Positions 7,204 to 14,720 of a DNA stretch of 27,964 nt are shown piece by piece. This DNA comes from a virus. A program made the translations under genes and the position numbers. How positions within the stretch are numbered: position 1 is the first letter of the stretch; every line of letters begins with the position of its first letter. The notes below the pieces were generated by a model. The model ran no database searches, was not told where the DNA came from, and saw only the letters and a program-made list of their open reading frames with translations. The stretch lies in the IMG/VR virus record IMGVR_UViG_2866711008_000001; one strand, written 5' to 3'.

Positions 7204-7623
7204 TCAGTCCACCTCCAGCCCAGCCGCCCGGATCACGGTCAGCAGCCCGTCCTCCAGCGCCTTCTGCACGTCGCCGTGGCGCTCGTGGAACGCCGGGTAC
7301 ACGTACCGGCCGCCCTTCTCGAACGTCCGGTACGCAGGCCGGCCCTTCACCCGGCCCTCACCGCCGTAGTCCAGCCACGGCACGTACGGCGCCCGCGACG
7401 ACCCGGCCGACACCCGCGTCGCCGTCCGCGTCGACCGGGCCTTGACCGCGGCCTGCGCCCGGCCCGACCGGCGCGGCATCTTCCGCCGGGCCGTGTCGAC
7501 GACGATGTTCGCGGCCTCGTTGTGCGCCAGCCGCAGACCCTTCGGAGCCTCCGCGTCGATCCGGCGCAACGCCCGGTTGATCGCGTTCAGCCCCTCGATT
7601 CGGATCGGCTCGACCACCGTCAC
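7204..7623 (-). CDS. HK97 gp10-like head-tail joining or tail completion protein (139 aa), in an unusual position
   Basis: GTG 7623 preceded by GGGGAGG. MTVVEPIRIEGLNAINRALRRIDAEAPKGLRLAHNEAANIVVDTARRKMPRRSGRAQAAV...APYVPWLDYGG follows the HK97 gp10 family pattern as I remember it. Confidence 0.5.
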   Translation of the reverse strand: MTVVEPIRIEGLNAINRALRRIDAEAPKGLRLAHNEAANIVVDTARRKMPRRSGRAQAAVKARSTRTATRVSAGSSRAPYVPWLDYGGEGRVKGRPAYRTFEKGGRYVYPAFHERHGDVQKALEDGLLTVIRAAGLEVD

Positions 7624-7629
7624 GCCCGC

Positions 7630-8128
7630 TCACCTCCCCTGACGGGACCGCGCCACCAGCTCCTGCAGCTGGCGCCGCTGCGCCTTCCGCGCGTAGTAGA
7701 TCGACCAGCGCACGAACTCGTCGTTGCTCATCCCCGCCTGCAACTCGCCGACCGTGCGGCCCAGCTTTTCGGCCAGGAAGAACTCGAACTCAAGATCAGG
7801 ATTCGCCTCGAAGGCTTTTGTACGCCTCCTTGTCGGCGCGGCCGGCGATCCCGGACAGCTTGTTGATCACGTGGTTCAGCGCCTCGAGCTCGCCGAACGT
7901 GGCGACCTCGGTCCACTGGCGGACTTCGTCCTCGGTCAGCTTCGGGTCGACCATGGCCAACGCCAGCGCGGACGCCTCCGTGTTCTCGCCGTCGTTCGCC
8001 CGCCTACCGATGTCGAGCACCTCGGCGCGGGTCAGCCCCCGGACCCGCACGGTGCCGACGCCGGGCAGGTCGACGTCCTGCTCCGGGCAGCGGGGACGGA
8101 GCAGGGCCGCCTTGTCGATCGTCGCCAC
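7630..8128 (-). CDS. Tail assembly chaperone, frameshift-extended (G-T-like) product, about 165 aa, made by a +1 (or -2) shift at the A4 run 7819-7816
   Basis: The +1 frame is open from 7866 to TGA 7632-7630. It encodes AFEANPDLEFEFFLAEKLGRTVGELQAGMSNDEFVRWSIYYARKAQRRQLQELVARSRQGR and has no ATG, GTG or TTG before the TTG codon of GELQ. The zero-frame TAC AAA AGC contains CAAAAG, which lets tRNA-Lys re-pair one base forward. Confidence 0.55.
7796..8128 (-). CDS. Tail assembly chaperone, short (G-like) product (110 aa)
   Basis: ORF track 7796..8128, immediately after the major tail gene. Acidic protein. It is followed by an overlapping ORF that has no start codon of its own. Confidence 0.7.
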   Translation of the reverse strand: MATIDKAALLRPRCPEQDVDLPGVGTVRVRGLTRAEVLDIGRRANDGENTEASALALAMVDPKLTEDEVRQWTEVATFGELEALNHVINKLSGIAGRADKEAYKSLRGES

Positions 8129-8129
8129 G

Positions 8130-8537
8130 TCACGCCTCCTGCGTGTCGTCGGCGACGTCGTCGCTGACCACGAACGTCGCGGACCAGGTCACCATGTCGG
8201 CCACCGGCGCCGTCTCCACGTACGACGTCAGCAGCCCGTCGAACGTCTGCACCGGCTTGCCCGCGCCCGCGCCCTCCACCATGCGCACGATCTCGACGAC
8301 CGTGCCGACGAGCGGGTTGAGCACCGGGTGCGTGCCGGTCGTGACCGTGTTGTCGTAGATGCCGCCGCAGGTGAACTCGCCGTTCAGCAGCCCACCCCCA
8401 TGCACCTCGGAGTTCTTGCCGTACGTGGTGTTGTTGTGGTCCGCCGACCCCCGGGTCATCTCCGACGTGTTGGTCCACGTCGAGATGTCGTCACCCCCGA
8501 CCGTGATCTTGGTGAACCTGCCGTGCTGAAACGCCAT
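8130..8537 (-). CDS. Major tail (tube) protein (135 aa)
   Basis: ATG 8537 after AGGAAAGGG. MAFQHGRFTKITVGGDDISTWTNTSEMTRGSADHNNTTYGKNSEVHGGGLLNGEFTCGGIYD. Position is upstream of the chaperone pair. The longer ORF 8130..8978 is an Arg-rich extension. Confidence 0.7.
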   Translation of the reverse strand: MAFQHGRFTKITVGGDDISTWTNTSEMTRGSADHNNTTYGKNSEVHGGGLLNGEFTCGGIYDNTVTTGTHPVLNPLVGTVVEIVRMVEGAGAGKPVQTFDGLLTSYVETAPVADMVTWSATFVVSDDVADDTQEA

Positions 8538-8539
8538 GG

Positions 8540-8947
8540 CTATGCGCCCTTTCCTGTGATGTCGAGGTGGAACATCGCCGCCAGGTAGTCCGTGCCGGCG
8601 TAGGTGACGACGTCGAACTCCGCCGTCGCGACCCGCACCGAGTCGCAGCTGGTGTACGTGCGCGCCTCGATCGCCGCCTTGACGCTCTTCGGCCCGGACC
8701 CGTCCGCGTACTCGGCGATCGCCCGCCGCGCGGCCGGCTGCGTCGGTTTGGCGACCAGGACCAGAACCGGCCAGTCCTCGATCCGGTCCGACCCGCGCCC
8801 GTGCGTCGTGTCGTAGGTGATCGGGTCCGGAAGCGGGATCAACGCGAACGGCGGGTGGACGCGATCGACGCCCCACTCCGGCACGTTCAGGCCGTCGATC
8901 GTGCGCAGCGCGGCGCCCAGCTCGCCGGCGACGTCGTCGAGGTTCAT
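8540..8947 (-). CDS. Putative tail terminator or head-tail joining protein (135 aa)
   Basis: ATG 8947 overlaps the upstream stop (ATGA). MNLDDVAGELGAALRTIDGLNVPEWGVDRVHPPFALIPLPDPITYD... Position is between the adaptor and the major tail gene. Confidence 0.5.
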   Translation of the reverse strand: MNLDDVAGELGAALRTIDGLNVPEWGVDRVHPPFALIPLPDPITYDTTHGRGSDRIEDWPVLVLVAKPTQPAARRAIAEYADGSGPKSVKAAIEARTYTSCDSVRVATAEFDVVTYAGTDYLAAMFHLDITGKGA

Positions 8948-9555
8948 GCCACCCTCCGCCGCCGCGACAGCCCGGCAAGCGTCGTGGCCACGTCCGGGTC
9001 GAGCCGCGACAACAGCCGCATCTCCGACCCGTCCGACGGCGACCCGGCGATCCCGTACGGCGAATGCCGACGCGACGACCACCGCGACACCTGAAGCTTG
9101 CACGCCTGGATCACCTGCGCCGGGATCTCCGGCCACCCCCACAGCGCCTCGACGACCACCGGCGCCCCCGGGAAGTCCGCGAACCCGAGCCGCTCGTACG
9201 GGCGGCCACGCAGCTCCGCGTCGTCGGGCAGCAGCACCGCGCCCGAGTCGGCGTACGCGACGCCGGCGACACGCAGCCCGGTCACATCCTGGACGTCGTC
9301 GATCTCCAGCAGCCACAGCCCCGACACCACGTCGTAGACCGCCGGCCGCCGGTACGTACGGGCTTCCGGCGCGTCGACGATCCCGAACTGCCGGTTGCAC
9401 CGCTTGTCGACCGCGCGGGACGCAGCAGTGCACCACAGCGCGACGTCCGCCTCATCGACGCCCGGCGAGTACAACCAGTCGGACGCGGTCACCGCATCGA
9501 GGTAGTCACCACCCCAGGGCGCGGAGCCACCACTATCGCCAGCGGGTACAGCCAT
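8944..9555 (-). CDS. Head-to-tail adaptor / connector (gp6-like) protein (203 aa)
   Basis: ATG 9555 after GGAGAGGGGG. The pattern ...DEADVALWCTAASRAVDKRCNRQFG...RTYR...LLEIDDVQDVTGLRV...YERLGF... is typical of adaptor proteins. Confidence 0.55.
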   Translation of the reverse strand: MAVPAGDSGGSAPWGGDYLDAVTASDWLYSPGVDEADVALWCTAASRAVDKRCNRQFGIVDAPEARTYRRPAVYDVVSGLWLLEIDDVQDVTGLRVAGVAYADSGAVLLPDDAELRGRPYERLGFADFPGAPVVVEALWGWPEIPAQVIQACKLQVSRWSSRRHSPYGIAGSPSDGSEMRLLSRLDPDVATTLAGLSRRRRVA

Positions 9556-9569
9556 CGGTGCCCCCTCTC

Positions 9570-10979
9570 CTAGACGGCGACTTCGACGAGCGTGAGCCGG
9601 CCAACCCAGGAAATGGTCTTTCCGGCCTCACCGACGACCAGGAAGTGCAGGGTTCCAATGGACGATCCGGCGACCGAAAGGGTCCACGGGGCAGCGGCGG
9701 ATGTTTCCGCCAGCACGGTGATGACGGGCGTGCCCACTACTGCGCTGTTTCCGGAGGCGGGGCGGCGCATCATGCCCTCCACGCGCCAGCTCTTGCAGTC
9801 CGCTGTCGCACCCTCGCGGGCCACCAGCAGCAAGGAAAACGCCACCGTCGAGCTGGGCAGCAGGTCGTACGCCGTGCCGCCCCCGGCGATGCCGAGGATC
9901 GTCGCGGTGGCGGTCGTGGTCTGCCGCGCCAGCGTGATCACGCTGGTCTGTGCGTCCCCGTCCTGAGCGAACCGGTGATTGGCCATCGCGTTCTGCCCGT
10001 AGACGCGGGCCCGCGCGTACCGGCCGAACGCCGTGGAGTAGTTGCCCTCCGCCTTGTTGTTCTGCCCGATCGCCAGAGCAGACGCACCGCTGACCGTGTT
10101 CGCCGATCCGAGCGCCACCGCGCCCGCCGCAGACACGGTGTTGTTCTGCCCGGCCGTGAAGCTGTACTGCCCGGAGGCCGTGTTGTTGCCGCCACCGGCG
10201 ATCGTCGCCTGCGTCGCACTGGCCGTGTTGAACGTCCCACCAGAGATCGTGACGAAGTCACCACCGGTGATGCGGTGATCCGACCCGCCGGAGATCGTGG
10301 AGTGCGTCGCCGCCGCACTGATCGCGCTGTGATCCGACCACATCACGGACTTGAGACCGGCCGCCACGTTGTCGTAGCCGCCCACCGTGCAGTGATTCGC
10401 CGCGGTGCCGCGCAGGTCAGCGGGGTCTGCCGGGACGTTGCTGCTGGTCGTGCCGACGTTGGCGATGATCCCGTTGCCGATCACGTTCTCTCTGCCGGGC
10501 GTGCCACCTCCGACGATCGTCGAATCGATCACGTCGTCGGCGATCGCGTTGCCGGACCCACCACCCAAAATCGAACTGCGAACCGCGCCGCCCGCCTCAT
10601 CGCGGATACGCACGACCGTCCCCGACACGGACCCCGCAACGGCAGCCGCCAGCTGGTCAATCCGACCATCAGCAGCCGGGTACAGCGGCACCATCGGCCC
10701 GTCCGGGCCCACGCGGGTGTACACCACGGGGTCGGAGCCGTCGGGGAAGCGGAACAGCTCGGCCTCGAAAGTCGAGCCGATCGTCACGTACGGGATCCCG
10801 TCGTCCGTCTCCGGCAGCGATGACACCCCGTCAGCGGCGAGCACATCCGCCGGCTCGGTGGCGTCCTCATCGGCGTAGAGAGGCACGACCGTCCCGGCGG
10901 GAACGAACTGCCCCCGCCGGGCGCCGCGGGTGTAGTAGAACACCCGCTGGTCCTGAGCCGGACCGATCAGCCGTGCCAC
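9570..10979 (-). CDS. Beta-helix / YadA-head-like (Hep_Hag-type) repeat protein (469 aa); fibre or spike-like
   Basis: ORF track 9570..10979. Central Gly/Ser/Asn/Ala repeats: TISGGSDHRITGGDFVTISGGTFNTASATQATIAGGGNNTASGQYSFTAGQNNTVSAAGAVALGSANTVSGASALAIGQNNKAEGNYSTAFG. Confidence 0.6.
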   Translation of the reverse strand: MARLIGPAQDQRVFYYTRGARRGQFVPAGTVVPLYADEDATEPADVLAADGVSSLPETDDGIPYVTIGSTFEAELFRFPDGSDPVVYTRVGPDGPMVPLYPAADGRIDQLAAAVAGSVSGTVVRIRDEAGGAVRSSILGGGSGNAIADDVIDSTIVGGGTPGRENVIGNGIIANVGTTSSNVPADPADLRGTAANHCTVGGYDNVAAGLKSVMWSDHSAISAAATHSTISGGSDHRITGGDFVTISGGTFNTASATQATIAGGGNNTASGQYSFTAGQNNTVSAAGAVALGSANTVSGASALAIGQNNKAEGNYSTAFGRYARARVYGQNAMANHRFAQDGDAQTSVITLARQTTTATATILGIAGGGTAYDLLPSSTVAFSLLLVAREGATADCKSWRVEGMMRRPASGNSAVVGTPVITVLAETSAAAPWTLSVAGSSIGTLHFLVVGEAGKTISWVGRLTLVEVAV

Positions 10980-10992
10980 CCTCTACGTCCCC

Positions 10993-11145
10993 TCAGAAGT
11001 TCCGGCGTCGCCGGTCGGTCCGGGCCAGCGCCCGGGCCAAGTTGGCCACCTGCTCGGCCAGCTCGGCCACCTGAGCACGCAGCTCCTCGACTTCGCCGGC
11101 CACCTGAGCCGCAGTCACCCGCGGCGTCTTGTCGTCCTCAGCCAT
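10993..11145 (-). CDS. Small coiled-coil protein (50 aa), hypothetical
   Basis: ATG 11145 after AAGGGGG. MAEDDKTPRVTAAQVAGEVEELRAQVAELAEQVANLARALARTDRRRRNF. Below the ORF-track cutoff. G/C-rich third positions. Confidence 0.5.
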   Translation of the reverse strand: MAEDDKTPRVTAAQVAGEVEELRAQVAELAEQVANLARALARTDRRRRNF

Positions 11146-11154
11146 GCCGCCCCC

Positions 11155-11385
11155 TTACGCCGTCGGGTCGACGCCACCGACCAGCAGGTCGGCCGCCTCG
11201 ACGGCTTCCTCCCGGCTCGCGTACGTCGCCTTGAGGTAGCCGGTCCGACCGTCCGCGAGGTGCACCCGCACCCGCCACGGGTAGTCCACAGCGGGCTTAT
11301 CCGCCAGGACAGCCGTGGCCTGATCCAAGTTCACGTACCCCTCGCTGACCGCCGCCGGGTCACCGGTCGCCACCAACACCCACAT
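11155..11385 (-). CDS. Hypothetical protein (76 aa) downstream of the capsid gene
   Basis: ATG 11385 after GGGAG. MWVLVATGDPAAVSEGYVNLDQATAVLADKPAVDYPWRVRVHLADGRTGYLKATYASREEAVEAADLLVGGVDPTA. The longer ORF 11155..11937 overlaps the capsid gene and is Arg-rich. Confidence 0.6.
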   Translation of the reverse strand: MWVLVATGDPAAVSEGYVNLDQATAVLADKPAVDYPWRVRVHLADGRTGYLKATYASREEAVEAADLLVGGVDPTA

Positions 11386-11399
11386 GCCTGTCACTCCCG

Positions 11400-14300
11400 T
11401 CAGGCAGTGGTGTAGATGACCTGGCGGACACCGTCGATGCGCGTGTTTGCCAGCGCCTTGTAGCCCCAGATCCCCAGGTCCACGAACGCGACCCGGTACT
11501 CGAACTGGAGACGCTGCGGCGCGCTGGCCCAGCCGTGCACGTCGTCCGGGTTGAACAGCCAGGAGTTCTTCGCCCCGGCCCCGGCCGCGCCGAGCGCCCA
11601 CGACGGGACACCGGTCACGCCACCCAGGTCGATCGTGCCCCACCGCGGCGCGGCAACGCCGGTCGCGTTCTGCGGGCCGATGATCGGGTACAGCCGCCGG
11701 CCGGTCGAGTCGACCGCACCGACGAACGCCCGGTACAGGTTCTGGTGCACGGCGAACGCCCGGAACCGGTGACCACCGCGGGCGAACTGAAGATCCGCGT
11801 TGGCCGCGGACCAGGCCGCGTCGAGCACGTCGTCCACGACCGGCGGGGTGCCGGCCGCCGAACCGAGGTCGATGTCCGCCGCGGCGGTCAGCGTGTTGAG
11901 GAACGTGCCGGCGGCCGTCTCCAGCGCCTCGAACCACTCACGGTTCATCTGCCGCCAGATCAGCCCCGACAGCTGCGGCGAACCGCCCTGCTCCCACGCC
12001 TCCCGGGTGACCTCGACCTTGCCGGACAGGGCCGTCGGGGTGATGGTCTGGCTGGTCGCCTTGTACGTGCCGCCGGTCGGCTCGGTGCCCTCGGTGTGGT
12101 CGCCCACCAGGTCACCCGCGCTGGTGTTGTCGAACTTCGGCACCACGAACGGCGTGGCGTCGGTCAGGGTGCCCCGGTTGATGAAGTCCCACAGCGGGGT
12201 CGCGTAGTCGAGCTGGTCAACGAACATGTCCGGCCGCTGCCGTGCCGGGTTGAGCGCCGCCGCGTCCGCCTTGTCCACGTCGAACTGCGCCTCACCGAGC
12301 CGCGGCTTGTTGGCCATGGCCCCGTCGAACTGGCTGCGCATGAACTTGGTCGCCCGCTCCATCGCCTCGCCGTCACCGCGCGACGCGGCGATCAGGTCGG
12401 TCGAGAAGTCGTACTGGGCGCCCCGGGTGAGGTTGCCACCCCGGTCGAACCGGTACGGCAGCTCCTCCCGCACCTGCGACGCGGCCACGGTGCGGCGGGT
12501 CGGGTCGACCGCCTGCCGCTGCTCCGCCGGCTCGTTCCGGGCCGGGATCGCCTGCGGCACACCGAGCAGCGCACCCAGCTGACCGGCCTTGATCAGGCTG
12601 TCGACCTGCTCGGCGGACAGCGTCAGCGCACCGGCCGGCGCCGCCGGCTGCTCCGGCCGCTGCGGCTGCTGCGCGGCCACGATCGCCTGGATCGCGCCCG
12701 GCCGGGACAGGAGAGCGGTCAGCTGGTCCTCGCTGAGGTTCACGCCGGTGGCCGGCTGGTTGGCCGGCTGCTGGTTGTTGGAAGCGGTGCACGCCACGCC
12801 CTCCGCGTGGACCTGCCCGCAGGTGGCGCAGTGCATTCCTGCTCCAATCTCTCGGTTTGCTCGTACCTTGGTCACGCGCGCGTCATCGAACGCGGGCATC
12901 GGGGTGCTGCTGGTCTCGCGCCAGGTCGCCCGCTTGACGTCGTAAACCTGGTCCTTCTCGTTCCACTCGACGTCCCCGGACTCCGGGTCGAGAGCGAAGT
13001 CGACGCCGACGGAGAGCCCGTCGTACAGGCCGTGCTCCGCGTCGTAGAGCAGCTGGTCGCGCTCCAACTTCGCCGGGCTGCCCTCGGGACCGTCGAGCAC
13101 CTTCAACGTCACCACCGGGCCGCGCCGGGTTTCCTTCACCGACGTGTGGATCCCGACCGGCGTGTAGTGGTCCTTCAGGTGCTTGATCCGGGACAGGTTC
13201 GCGTCGTCGTACTCCAGCGACCCCGGCAGGAACCGGAACGCCAACCCGTACTTGCGGGCGACCTTGTTGTACGGAACGGCCAGACCGGTGATCGTGCGCC
13301 GCTCGACGTCGACCTTGGCCGGCTCCGCCGCCCCGGCGAAGTCGGCGACGTCGAACGTCATCGCCGGCTTGCCGCCGTCGTCGGCGCTGGCCGTGAGCCG
13401 AACCACCGCCAGCCGCGACGCCTCAGCGCCCTCGGTCTGCTCCTGGTCCTCGCCGTCCCCCTCGGCCGGCGGGGCGGACGCAGCCGCGGCGGGCTTCGGC
13501 GCCGGGCCGGACAGGCCGGCCGCCGCGCGAATCTCGTCAGCGTCCATCACGCCCATGTCCTTCAAGCCCTTCCAGTACGTCACCTGCGCGCCGGGGTCCG
13601 GCTTCAGGTAGTCCGTCAGGTCGAACCGCACCGCGTGCCCGCGCCGGGTCACGTCGCCCATGGACAGCCGCTGCGTGATCGCCTGCATGTACGGCGCGTA
13701 CGTCTCGTTGATCTTCGACGTGCGCCGGTCCTGCGCGTTGAAGTACGTCCGCGACGTCGTGCTCACGCCCAGGTCCTCGGGATCCACACCGAGCCCGTTC
13801 GCGATCTCCAGCGTCACCTGCCGTTGCAGCTCCACCAGCTGGATCTCCTGCGGCGACGGGCTGTTCACGTCGACCCGCTTCACGGTGCGCGGGATCCAGC
13901 CGGTGCCGCCGGCCTTCCGCGCCGCCTTCCACTCCGCCAGGAACCCGTCGATCTCGTCGTCTTCCATCGGGTCGACGTCCGGGTCATCGCCGTCGGTGAA
14001 GTAGTCCGTCGGCCTCGGGTTGTCGGCATACACGGCGGCCAGCTGGTCCAGCAGCAGCGCCCGCCGGATCGCCCGCGCGTTCGCCACCAGCAGCCCCGGG
14101 TTCGGGGAGTCGAACCGGATCAGCCGGTCCGCCGGCGTGGCCACCCCGTCAACCCACACGACCCTCACGCCGCGGGCGTCGACCCCGCTGGGGAACGGGT
14201 TCACCGCGCCGGTCGGCGGGTCCAGGCTCACCGTGCGCACGTCCAGGTGCCGCGCGGCGATCGGGAAGCCAGCGAAGTCCTGCGCGGTGATCAGCCACCA

Positions 14301-14657
14301 GGAGATACCGTCGAACGCGAGATCCTCGATCGTCTGCGCCAGCGTGACGACGTTGGCGACGTCGGGGTCGATCTGCTCCAGGAACGGGGACCGGACGATG
14401 TCCAGCCCCTTGTACTGCACCAGCGGCAGCGTCGCGATCGAGCAGAGCGAGTTACGCCCCCGCTGGACGGCCGCCACCGACAGCGCCTGCTCCCGCGACA
14501 CGCGGCCCGGCACGCCGGCGTTCATCGCCAGGAACACCTGGTCGATCGGCCGAGGCGGCGAGTCGAACTGCGCGCCCGGCTGCTCGTCGAGCCCGAGGGG
14601 CCGCGGTAGGGACAGAAGCTCTCGCATCTGCTGACCTACCGCGGCGAGCCACCCCAT
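11400..14657 (-). CDS. Portal / prohead serine protease (S78) / scaffold-plus-HK97-fold major capsid fusion ORF (1085 aa)
   Basis: One uninterrupted frame.
- Residues ~1-380 are portal-like (..QALSVAAVQRGRNSLCSIATLPL.., DEIDGFLAEWKAARKAGGTGWIP).
- Residues 433-598 are protease-like (RRTITGLAVPYNKVA.., HLKDHYTPVGI, YDGLSVGVDF, WRETSSTPMPAFDDARV).
- Residues 608-1085 are capsid-like (..ALNPARQRPDMFVDQLDYATPLWDFI...VTREAWEQGG...LYPIIGPQNATG...). Confidence 0.75.
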   Translation of the reverse strand: MGWLAAVGQQMRELLSLPRPLGLDEQPGAQFDSPPRPIDQVFLAMNAGVPGRVSREQALSVAAVQRGRNSLCSIATLPLVQYKGLDIVRSPFLEQIDPDVANVVTLAQTIEDLAFDGISWWLITAQDFAGFPIAARHLDVRTVSLDPPTGAVNPFPSGVDARGVRVVWVDGVATPADRLIRFDSPNPGLLVANARAIRRALLLDQLAAVYADNPRPTDYFTDGDDPDVDPMEDDEIDGFLAEWKAARKAGGTGWIPRTVKRVDVNSPSPQEIQLVELQRQVTLEIANGLGVDPEDLGVSTTSRTYFNAQDRRTSKINETYAPYMQAITQRLSMGDVTRRGHAVRFDLTDYLKPDPGAQVTYWKGLKDMGVMDADEIRAAAGLSGPAPKPAAAASAPPAEGDGEDQEQTEGAEASRLAVVRLTASADDGGKPAMTFDVADFAGAAEPAKVDVERRTITGLAVPYNKVARKYGLAFRFLPGSLEYDDANLSRIKHLKDHYTPVGIHTSVKETRRGPVVTLKVLDGPEGSPAKLERDQLLYDAEHGLYDGLSVGVDFALDPESGDVEWNEKDQVYDVKRATWRETSSTPMPAFDDARVTKVRANREIGAGMHCATCGQVHAEGVACTASNNQQPANQPATGVNLSEDQLTALLSRPGAIQAIVAAQQPQRPEQPAAPAGALTLSAEQVDSLIKAGQLGALLGVPQAIPARNEPAEQRQAVDPTRRTVAASQVREELPYRFDRGGNLTRGAQYDFSTDLIAASRGDGEAMERATKFMRSQFDGAMANKPRLGEAQFDVDKADAAALNPARQRPDMFVDQLDYATPLWDFINRGTLTDATPFVVPKFDNTSAGDLVGDHTEGTEPTGGTYKATSQTITPTALSGKVEVTREAWEQGGSPQLSGLIWRQMNREWFEALETAAGTFLNTLTAAADIDLGSAAGTPPVVDDVLDAAWSAANADLQFARGGHRFRAFAVHQNLYRAFVGAVDSTGRRLYPIIGPQNATGVAAPRWGTIDLGGVTGVPSWALGAAGAGAKNSWLFNPDDVHGWASAPQRLQFEYRVAFVDLGIWGYKALANTRIDGVRQVIYTTA
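12834..12845 (-). promoter_or_regulatory. Internal Shine-Dalgarno sequence plus ATG that could start a separate 478-aa scaffold/capsid product
   Basis: Minus strand reads GGAGCAGGA ATG (ATG = 12836-12834, residue M608 of the fusion). The ATG follows 13 codons (V595-G607), most of them poor in G/C at the third position. Confidence 0.5.
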
Positions 14658-14680
14658 GGCCGGGAGCGTACATGATCTTG

Positions 14681-14720
14681 CCTACGAATCATCAGCCAGA
14701 CCGGCCCGAAACCTACGATT
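14681..14720. repeat. Direct repeat CCTACGA(A/T)T x2, 31 bp apart, in the terminase-portal spacer
   Basis: cctacgaat at 14681-14689 and cctacgatt at 14712-14720, inside the 69-nt comparatively AT-rich gap 14658-14726. Confidence 0.3.

Noticed and set aside
7728-7916. The -1 frame ORF downstream of the tail chaperone, as the expected canonical -1 frameshift product
   Set aside because: Its translation (..ILILSSSSSWPKSWAARSASCRRG*) is short and looks meaningless. The +1 frame encodes a 61-residue sequence with the usual chaperone-extension character.
11535-14609. 1024-aa plus-strand ORF, the second longest in the window
   Set aside because: It lies antisense to the portal-protease-capsid ORF. 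Its translation is dominated by Arg, Pro, Gly, Val and His with no recognisable motif. This is the typical stop-free shadow frame of GC-rich coding DNA.
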